NCBI GenBank assembly: GCA_016839815.1
Contig: JAEOTM010000096.1
Coordinates: forward strand, 1 to 27,901
From: Candidatus Hodarchaeota archaeon
Lineage (GTDB): Archaea > Asgardarchaeota > Heimdallarchaeia > Hodarchaeales > Hodarchaeaceae
Direction of reading: 5' to 3'
Length of the DNA stretch: 27,901 nucleotides
The notes under the pieces are model-generated. The model saw only the letters and a program-made list of their open reading frames with translations. It searched no databases and had not been told where the DNA came from. Position 1 is the stretch's first letter. Each line of letters begins with the position of its first letter. The position numbers and the translations under genes were made by a program. Shown piece by piece: positions 8,268-15,519 of this stretch.

Positions 8268-8408
8268 ATCAGTATCTTTATACTGATGATCACCCACTTC
8301 CCGTCTAATACTTCAGACTACGAAATTTATTCCTTCTTTAAAGGAATAGGAATTTTCAGACACTTGTTTTAACACTTGCTTTGCAAGTATAGTGAATCTT
8401 GAAGTATT
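8268..8408 (-). ncRNA. Candidate structured RNA / 5' leader (three-way junction plus extra hairpin)
   Basis: A closing helix 8395-8408 / 8307-8319 encloses hairpins at 8372-8390 and 8322-8357. A perfect 8-bp hairpin lies at 8268-8287. G-U extensions of two helices work on the minus strand. No known family is recognised. Confidence 0.35.
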
Positions 8409-8508
8409 TAAATATCTTTAGACTAGAAATACGAATGGATACAAACCTTCCAAATATTTAACCAAGTTTATATTAATTTTATATGAAGTATTAACGTGTC
8501 TTTTTCCT

Positions 8509-9636
8509 TCAAACCTCTCCACGAACTTGAGGAAAGCGTAGAATTACCGTAGTTCCCTTGGTCCAATCATTCTTTATTCTATTTAAATAAAAGAGATTCC
8601 CCCCAAATATATCAACAAGAGATTTAATTATAGAGACTCCAAGACCTGTTGATCCCTTTGATGCTTTCCATCCATGATCTATTCTAGCTGCTCGATTAAA
8701 TAAAACTTCTAGAATCTCAGGCGGGATACCAGTTCCATAATCATCAAATTTAACTTGAATATATTCTTGATCATCCACGTATATCGTTATTGAAATATCT
8801 ACTTGCACTATGGAAGCAGGTGAATATTTTACAGTATTCGTTAGGATGTTTAGAAAAATATCTGTTAATAATTTGTTTGCCCATATGATAGCGCTATCCT
8901 CTGGAATCTGGATATCGATATTTGTTTGTAGAGTTTTATCTGTATACATTGAGGATATTTCTTCTATACTTTGTTGGAGAATTGGAATTAATTTTACCTG
9001 TTCTAAATTTGTGAGGGGATCTTCAAGTCTACTTAAATCTCGTAATTCCTCTAAGATTGAAATTGTATGTGCGGTATTAGATTGAGCAATCTCCAGAAAC
9101 CTTTTTTCCTCTTCTCCAAAGTTTTTCGATATTTTGAGACTATCTAATGCCATATTGATAATATTTAAGTAATTTGGAATGTCATGTCTTACAATATTAA
9201 GAACTAACGAGTCTTTAGATAGTAGAGAATCAAAAAACTGCTTTTGAAGTTTTTCTGAGGTAATATCTTGGATCAACTCAATTGCTGCAATTTTTCCTTG
9301 AAACATTATTGGAAGAGCAACTACACGAAACCATTTACCATCAATAATACTTCTATCTTCTTTTATTTGAGGAGTTAAGTTTTCTATACTTTTCAATGCT
9401 GTGCAATGTGGGCATGGATAATCTCTTCCAAAGTTAACCTTATAACACTGTTGGCCTCTATTGTCACCACGAAGCAGTGTAGTTTGAGAATCCTCCCAAA
9501 GTATTTTATTCTCGACATCCTTCAATTGAACAGTATAACCCGAAGGAATAAAAACTAAGTTCGTTAATCGCTTTATCTCGTCAATTGTAAGTAGTTGAGA
9601 TTCCTCGAATAGTTTTGTTTGTTTTTTTCGGGTCAT
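8509..9636 (-). CDS. Cytoplasmic PAS-domain sensor histidine kinase (HisKA/HATPase_c)
   Basis: PAS/PAC ending in IELIQDIT with a C-x10-C-x2-C motif, H-box IVRHDIPNYLNII, N-box IFLNILTNTVKYS, G1 DYGTGIP and G2 STGLGVSI. No TM segment. Confidence 0.9.
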   Translation of the reverse strand: MTRKKQTKLFEESQLLTIDEIKRLTNLVFIPSGYTVQLKDVENKILWEDSQTTLLRGDNRGQQCYKVNFGRDYPCPHCTALKSIENLTPQIKEDRSIIDGKWFRVVALPIMFQGKIAAIELIQDITSEKLQKQFFDSLLSKDSLVLNIVRHDIPNYLNIINMALDSLKISKNFGEEEKRFLEIAQSNTAHTISILEELRDLSRLEDPLTNLEQVKLIPILQQSIEEISSMYTDKTLQTNIDIQIPEDSAIIWANKLLTDIFLNILTNTVKYSPASIVQVDISITIYVDDQEYIQVKFDDYGTGIPPEILEVLFNRAARIDHGWKASKGSTGLGVSIIKSLVDIFGGNLFYLNRIKNDWTKGTTVILRFPQVRGEV

Positions 9637-9773
9637 TGCAGAATTGCTCTACCTAACATTCAGTACTTACAAATTATGTTGGCATCAGATAAAAACGCTT
9701 GTTTATGAATACAGTTATGTGATCAAGAAAACTAAGGAAAGATGATTTAGGCTTGTCTAAGATCCTAAAAAAT

Positions 9774-12674
9774 CTATTCGGTTGTTTTAACCAAACTAGT
9801 GGCATTTGAAGTAGTTGTTGAATACTCTTCTAAGATTTCTCGTAAAAATAATCCGGTTGGACAGTCTATTTGAGAGATTTGCTCTGGAGTTCCCGTTGCG
9901 AGGATTAAACCACCGTTATCTCCACCTTCTGGACCTAATTCGACTATCCAATCACAGGTTTTAATCACATCTAGGTTGTGTTCAATTACCACAACGGTGT
10001 TTCCTTCTTTTACCAATCTCTGTAGAACGGTCAACAGAAAAGAAATATCATGAGTTGATAGGCCCGTGGTCGGTTCATCTAGAATGTAAAAAGTTTTTCC
10101 AGTTGATTTCTTTGATAATTCCTTTGCTAGCTTAACCCGTTGGGCTTCACCACCTGATAAAGTGGTAGCAGCCTGACCAATTTGTATATAGCCAAGTCCA
10201 ACATCAACTATGGTTTGTAATTTCTTCTTTATTGGGGGAATATTTGTGAAGAAATCCAATCCCTCTTCAACGGTTAGAATAAGGATATCTGAAATATTCT
10301 TGCCTTTATATCGAATTTCAAGTGTTTCTGCATTATAACGTTTCCCTTTACAATCTTCACACGTTATCCAAACATCAGGTAGGAAAGATAATTCAATCTT
10401 AATCTGACCTCCACCATGACAGGATTCACATCTTCCCCCTTTTACATTGAATGAAAACCTTCCTGGTTTATACCCTCGTAATTTAGCTTCTTTGATCTGA
10501 CTGTATAGCTGACGAATGTGATCCCATACACCCGTGTATGTGGCGGGATTACTACGCGGAGTTCGACCAATGGGACTTTGATCGATATTTATAACCTTGT
10601 CAATTGATTCTAGTCCAACAAATTTGTTGTGTTTGCCAACTCTCACCTTTGAACCATGTAAATATTTCATTAAACCTTTGTAGAGAGTGTCATTCATTAA
10701 AGTGGATTTACCTGAACCTGATACTCCCGTCAGGCAAATGAATTTGCCCAGTGGGAAATCCACATTCACGTTCTTGAGATTATTCTGACTTGCACCAAGG
10801 ATCGAAATTTTATTCCCATTCCCATTTATCCGAGTTTTAGGGATTGCGATAACTTTTTTCCCAGATAAATAAGCTCCAGTTAGTGATTTTGGGGATTTCA
10901 TTATCACATCGGGAGTACCTTGGGCAACAAGCGTACCACCATGAATACCTGGACCAGGCCCAAGGTCTATCACATGATCTGCTGAAAGTATGGTTTGGTG
11001 ATCATGTTCGACGGCAATAACTGTATTTCCTATAGCACGTAAATTTTTCAATGAGGTGAGCAGTTTATTTTGGTCTCGGGCATGCAACCCAATACTGGGT
11101 TCATCTAAAACATAGGTTACTCCAACCAATGCGGATCCGATTTGTGTTGCTAATCGTATACGTTGTGATTCTCCGCCGCTCAAAGTCATTGAGGCTCTAT
11201 CCAATGTGAGATAGGGTAAACCGACAGAGATGAGAAATTTCAGTCGACTTTCGATTTCCCGCAATATGTTTGCTGCAATTTTTTGATGAGTTTTGGATAG
11301 ACCTCCTCGTGTTTCATCAATCCACCGCAAGCATTGCTCGATGGTAGTATTACTGATATCTACTATGCTTTTCTCATTAATTGTAACAGCTAAACTTGAT
11401 GGTTTTAGTCTTTTTCCCTTGCAGGTTTCACAGAGATCTTTTCGCATGTAATTTTCGTAATATCGACGGGAATAGTCCGATTTAGTTTCTCGATACCGTC
11501 TCCAAATAGTATTAACAATACCTTCATGCTGATGTTGCTTTGATTCCCATCGACTCTTTTCAGACTCAAATACTACACTAATATTTTTGTTTGAGCCATG
11601 AAGAAGACGGTTTATGACCTCATCAGAAAGTTCTTTGAGAGGTGTATCTATAGAAAAATCATCCCACGCCTTAGAAAGAGCTGTATAGTATGAATATCGC
11701 CAAGTTCCAGGTTCAAGGGATTTATCCATGACTCCCCCAGTACGGAATGTTAAGTCTCGATTAGTTATAATCAGGTCGGGATCAATTTTTAGCGTTTTAC
11801 CTAAACCTTGACAATCAGGACAGCTTCCCCAAGGAGAGTTGAAACTAAAATTTCTGGGTTTTAGTTCTTCAAAAGATAAGGAACAATCCGCACAGGCATA
11901 ATTCTCAGAAAACAAGTTATCTATTTCGTTTTTAGTACCATTTTCAATCTTTACGACAATCATTAACCCTTCCCCTAGAGCAAGTGCTTGCTCAATAGCT
12001 TCAATTAGACGTGATTTAGCTAACTGCTCATTAATTACCAGTCTGTCAATTATGACTTCAATGGAGTGTATTTTATAGCGATCTAGTTTAGGTGGATCAG
12101 CTAACTCGTATTCCTCATTATCGACCCTCACACGTGCATAACCTAGTTCTGTTAAGTGATCCCATTGAGTATGATGGGTTCCCTTTTTTCCCCTAATTAT
12201 AGGAGCTAAAATTTTGATACGTGTCCCTTCTTCCCACGAGTGAAGTGTTCTAGCTATCGATTGAGGTGTTTGAATCTTTAGCTCCTTTCCACAAGATGTA
12301 CAATGAGGAATTCCCACGTTGGCATAAAGAAGACGAAGATAGTCATATATCTCAGTTTGGGTACCAACTGTTGACCGAGGGTTTTTACTCGTGGTTTTTT
12401 GTTCAATGCTAACAGCTGGACTTAAGCCCTCAATTAGATCGACGTCAGGTTTTTGCATCCTTCCGAGAAATTGACGAGCATAAGCGGATAAAGACTCTAC
12501 ATACCGTCTTTGTCCTTCTGCAAATATTACATCAAATGCTAAACTTGATTTTCCACTACCTGAAACTCCTGTGATTACCACAAGCTGATTGTGAGGAATT
12601 TCTACAGATAAATTACGGAGGTTATGGACTCGGGCATTTTGAACTGAGATTACCTCTTTCTTACTTGAAACCAT
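9774..12674 (-). CDS. uvrA: Excinuclease ABC subunit A (UvrA)
   Basis: ARVHNLRN, Walker A GVSGSGKSS, EGQRRYVESLSAYARQFL, LSGGESQRIRLATQIG, second NBD GVSGSGKST / LSGGEAQRVKLA, three Zn-finger Cys pair sets and a UvrB-binding insert. Confidence 0.97.
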   Translation of the reverse strand: MVSSKKEVISVQNARVHNLRNLSVEIPHNQLVVITGVSGSGKSSLAFDVIFAEGQRRYVESLSAYARQFLGRMQKPDVDLIEGLSPAVSIEQKTTSKNPRSTVGTQTEIYDYLRLLYANVGIPHCTSCGKELKIQTPQSIARTLHSWEEGTRIKILAPIIRGKKGTHHTQWDHLTELGYARVRVDNEEYELADPPKLDRYKIHSIEVIIDRLVINEQLAKSRLIEAIEQALALGEGLMIVVKIENGTKNEIDNLFSENYACADCSLSFEELKPRNFSFNSPWGSCPDCQGLGKTLKIDPDLIITNRDLTFRTGGVMDKSLEPGTWRYSYYTALSKAWDDFSIDTPLKELSDEVINRLLHGSNKNISVVFESEKSRWESKQHQHEGIVNTIWRRYRETKSDYSRRYYENYMRKDLCETCKGKRLKPSSLAVTINEKSIVDISNTTIEQCLRWIDETRGGLSKTHQKIAANILREIESRLKFLISVGLPYLTLDRASMTLSGGESQRIRLATQIGSALVGVTYVLDEPSIGLHARDQNKLLTSLKNLRAIGNTVIAVEHDHQTILSADHVIDLGPGPGIHGGTLVAQGTPDVIMKSPKSLTGAYLSGKKVIAIPKTRINGNGNKISILGASQNNLKNVNVDFPLGKFICLTGVSGSGKSTLMNDTLYKGLMKYLHGSKVRVGKHNKFVGLESIDKVINIDQSPIGRTPRSNPATYTGVWDHIRQLYSQIKEAKLRGYKPGRFSFNVKGGRCESCHGGGQIKIELSFLPDVWITCEDCKGKRYNAETLEIRYKGKNISDILILTVEEGLDFFTNIPPIKKKLQTIVDVGLGYIQIGQAATTLSGGEAQRVKLAKELSKKSTGKTFYILDEPTTGLSTHDISFLLTVLQRLVKEGNTVVVIEHNLDVIKTCDWIVELGPEGGDNGGLILATGTPEQISQIDCPTGLFLREILEEYSTTTSNATSLVKTTE

Positions 12675-12696
12675 TGGTAGTACTCTTCACTGGAGG

Positions 12697-12705
12697 TTAT
12701 ATATA
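12697..12705 (-). promoter_or_regulatory. Putative TATA box for a leaderless or short-leader uvrA transcript
   Basis: TATATATAA ends 23 nt upstream of the uvrA ATG, the canonical archaeal spacing. Confidence 0.5.
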
Positions 12706-12757
12706 GTATTAGAACTTGGCAATTGGTTTAGGAAATAGAAATAGACCTAGTATTCAC

Positions 12758-12780
12758 TGTACTCTTCCTTGTACTCTTCC
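12758..12780. repeat. Tandem 11-bp direct repeat TGTACTCTTCC (12-nt period); third core copy GTACTCTTC at 12680-12688
   Basis: Read directly: TGTACTCTTCC at 12758-12768 and 12770-12780. Confidence 0.75.
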
Positions 12781-12887
12781 CAAATCCTAGCAACCATAAA
12801 TATTGGTTATTGCCAATTTACAGTAATTTAATGTCGTTATTAAGAGGTTAGTTCTTCAATAAAAAACTCTTGTAGACAGATATCAAA

Positions 12888-13017
12888 TTAAGAATTCCCC
12901 TTTTAGTTCTCCAACCGATCTTCTGACCTCAATATCCCAATTTGCGCGTTCTATTTCTAAGAGAGACCTTTTTTCATACTTTAACAAAGAAGTTCATCCT
13001 AAAAGTTTAAGAATTCC
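12888..13017. repeat. Dispersed 11-bp direct repeat TTAAGAATTCC (2 copies, 119 bp apart)
   Basis: Exact copies at 12888-12898 and 13007-13017 in the uvrA/acylase divergent intergenic region. Confidence 0.6.
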
Positions 13018-13076
13018 TCCATAGTTGTCCAATGCAATAATTTGAAAAACCACAGATACTGAAGAGGATATAAAAA

Positions 13077-15443
13077 TTGGTTTTAGGCAAAATAATGCGA
13101 TTTACATTAACTCAGATAAGTAAACGAAGGCTTCCTGTAACTGATGGAGAACTAGAGGTCGAAGGACTTAGAGGAAAGTCAGTTGAGATTATAAGAGATA
13201 AATGGGGAATTCCTCACATCTTTGCTGACCATGCTTATGATTTATTTTTCGCACAAGGGTTTGTTCAGGCACAGGATAGAATGTGGCAAATGGAACTCAA
13301 TCGAAGGACTGCAAACGGGACTTTAAGTGAAATATTTGGGGAAATTGCACTTGAAACGGATCGTACGGCACGAACATTCGGTTTTTCTCGGCTAGGTAAA
13401 ATCGATTGGGAAAATACCTCTGAAAAGGTGAAAGAATGTATGCAGGCATATGTGGATGGAGTGAATGCATTCCTTAATCATAAAAAGTCAAAACTTCCAG
13501 TAGAATTTACTCTTCTTCGATATAAACCTCAGATGTGGACACCAGAAGACTGTTGTTCTTTCACTAGAGTAATGCTTTGGCAATTGTCTCATGCTTGGTA
13601 TGGAGAGCTTATAAGGTCAAAAATCATTGAGGAAGTAGGAAGTGACCATGCGGCCGAATTAGAAGTAAAATATCCTGCTACTCATCCAATTACACTTCCT
13701 AACGGTATTGAATTCAATGTATTGAGTAAAGATGGCATCTTAACTGGAGCTAAAGGTCCTTTTTTGACACGAGGTCAGGGGAGTAATACATGGGTTGTGT
13801 CTCAAGAAAGAAGTGCATCTGGACATACTTACTTATGCAATGACATGCATCTTTCCTTAATGTTACCTAGTATTTGGTATGAAACTCACCTAGTGGGGGG
13901 TGGATTCAATGTATCCGGGGTTTCTTTGAGTGGAGTACCTCTCATCCTCGTAGGACACAATCAAAATATCGCTTGGGGAAGTACATTAGCTTTTACAGAT
14001 GCTGAGGACTTATTTATTGAAAAAATTAGTGAAGATAATCCCAATCAGTACGAGGTGAATGGAGAATTTGTTGAGGCTGAGATTATCAAAGAAAAGATCA
14101 TAATCAAGGGACAAGCAGAACCTCACATTGAGACTGTTATGATCACTCGTCACGGTCCCATAATAAGTGATGTCATAGAGGGGACAAATGTTCGAGTAGC
14201 AATAAAATCAATGGCGTTACAACCCAGTCAAGCATTAGAAGGATATATGTCACTGAATAAAGCATCCAATTGGAACGAGTTTGTAGAAGCTATGAAACTT
14301 ATTGATGCTACACAATTAAATATGTCCTATGCCGATGTGGATAACAATATTGGTTATTGGGTAACAGGTAAAGTACCAGTTCGGAGTAGCAATCACAAAG
14401 GTGATATACCTGTTCCAGGATGGGATAATTTATATGATTGGCAAGGAATAGTACCCTTTGAATCAATGCCTCATGCACTCAATCCAAAACAGGGATATAT
14501 AATCAATTGTAATCATAAGATAGTACCCGATGATTTTCCTTACTTTTTAGGCAACATGTGGATGAATGGAGCTAGAGCTAAGCGCTTTGAACAATATTTA
14601 TCAGCTAAAGGAGGTAAACTCTCTGTAGAAGATTTCAAATCATTGCAAATGGACTTTACTTGTTTACCTGGACAAGAATTCGTGAACTTTTTGCGAAAAA
14701 AGGATTTCAAATTATCCAATGATCCCAAGCTATTAGAAGCATTTAACCTATTACTTTCATGGAATGGAGTATTATCTCCCGATTCAATTGGTGGCACAAT
14801 TTATGAAGTATTGCGATACAATCTCGTCCGTGATATTCTAAGTGTTGGATTAAGTGAAGGTTTAGTTCTCGAAATTATGGGGAAAGGCTTTAATCCAGTT
14901 TTATACCACGCTAATGAATTTTATGGTCACGATACATACATAATCTTGCGATTACTCAAAACACCGACCTCTTGGTGGATTAAAGAAGCTGGTGGAGTAG
15001 AAAATATCCTCAACCGCAATATGAAGAAAAGTATAGATTGGTTATCCCAGACATATGGTAAAAAACCCACAGAATGGCAATGGGGGAAACTACATAAAAT
15101 TCACTTCCCACATGCAATGGGATTAAGAAAGCCTCTCGATCAAGTGTTCAATCGTGGTAATATTCCCATAGGTGGAGATACAGATACCTTATGTCAGACT
15201 GCAATCCATGCTGATGACCCATATGACGTTAATGCATGGGCTCCCTCTCATAGACAAATAATTGATTTAAATGATCTATCAAAATCATTAATGATATTTG
15301 CTCCTGGTCAATCGGGACATTTGGCTAGCCCACATTACGCTGATCTGATTCCTATTTGGTATAAGGGAGAGTATCATCCTATGTTATGGGAAAGAGATGA
15401 TATAATTGCTAGTGCAGAAGGACGACTCTTCCTAAAAAAGTAA
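13077..15443 (+). CDS. Penicillin acylase / acyl-homoserine-lactone acylase family Ntn hydrolase (peptidase S45)
   Basis: IIRDKWGIPHIFA, FAQGFVQAQDRMWQMELNRR, autoproteolytic nucleophile GSNTWVV (Ser codon 13782), CNDMHL and PGQSG...SPHYAD. No hydrophobic signal peptide. Confidence 0.93.
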   Translation: MVLGKIMRFTLTQISKRRLPVTDGELEVEGLRGKSVEIIRDKWGIPHIFADHAYDLFFAQGFVQAQDRMWQMELNRRTANGTLSEIFGEIALETDRTARTFGFSRLGKIDWENTSEKVKECMQAYVDGVNAFLNHKKSKLPVEFTLLRYKPQMWTPEDCCSFTRVMLWQLSHAWYGELIRSKIIEEVGSDHAAELEVKYPATHPITLPNGIEFNVLSKDGILTGAKGPFLTRGQGSNTWVVSQERSASGHTYLCNDMHLSLMLPSIWYETHLVGGGFNVSGVSLSGVPLILVGHNQNIAWGSTLAFTDAEDLFIEKISEDNPNQYEVNGEFVEAEIIKEKIIIKGQAEPHIETVMITRHGPIISDVIEGTNVRVAIKSMALQPSQALEGYMSLNKASNWNEFVEAMKLIDATQLNMSYADVDNNIGYWVTGKVPVRSSNHKGDIPVPGWDNLYDWQGIVPFESMPHALNPKQGYIINCNHKIVPDDFPYFLGNMWMNGARAKRFEQYLSAKGGKLSVEDFKSLQMDFTCLPGQEFVNFLRKKDFKLSNDPKLLEAFNLLLSWNGVLSPDSIGGTIYEVLRYNLVRDILSVGLSEGLVLEIMGKGFNPVLYHANEFYGHDTYIILRLLKTPTSWWIKEAGGVENILNRNMKKSIDWLSQTYGKKPTEWQWGKLHKIHFPHAMGLRKPLDQVFNRGNIPIGGDTDTLCQTAIHADDPYDVNAWAPSHRQIIDLNDLSKSLMIFAPGQSGHLASPHYADLIPIWYKGEYHPMLWERDDIIASAEGRLFLKK

Positions 15444-15489
15444 TTATAATCTACCAAAATACTAGGATAATCTTACCAAGAGTGAATTG

Positions 15490-15497
15490 TATATATA
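15490..15497 (+). promoter_or_regulatory. Putative TATA box for the ABC exporter pair (leaderless start at ATG 15520)
   Basis: TATATATA ends 22 nt before ATG 15520, suggesting the TTG 15487 start of the ORF track is too early. Confidence 0.45.
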
Positions 15498-15519
15498 CTC
15501 GATAACCCACTCTCTTAAT

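Noticed and set aside
8268-8408. Known RNA classes (C/D box sRNA from CTGATGA at 8283, tRNA, SRP, RNase P, purine riboswitch) or a CRISPR array
   Set aside because: No properly spaced C/D boxes, cloverleaf or conserved cores are present, and the hairpin stems differ in sequence, so they are not CRISPR repeats.
8298-8417. Selenocysteine-type readthrough extending the small ORF through the in-frame TGA at 8315-8313 (34 open codons upstream)
   Set aside because: There is no redox motif around the UGA, no ATG upstream and no recognisable SECIS. The open stretch is compatible with chance.
9774-12674. UvrA as a DrrC-like class II resistance protein, given the nearby acylase and ABC exporter
   Set aside because: It retains the UvrB-binding region between the first Zn-finger Cys pairs, consistent with canonical NER UvrA.
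12716-12816. MITE bounded by TTGGCAAT/ATTGCCAA
   Set aside because: The inverted repeat is only 8 bp, with no clear target-site duplication and no second copy or transposase in the window.
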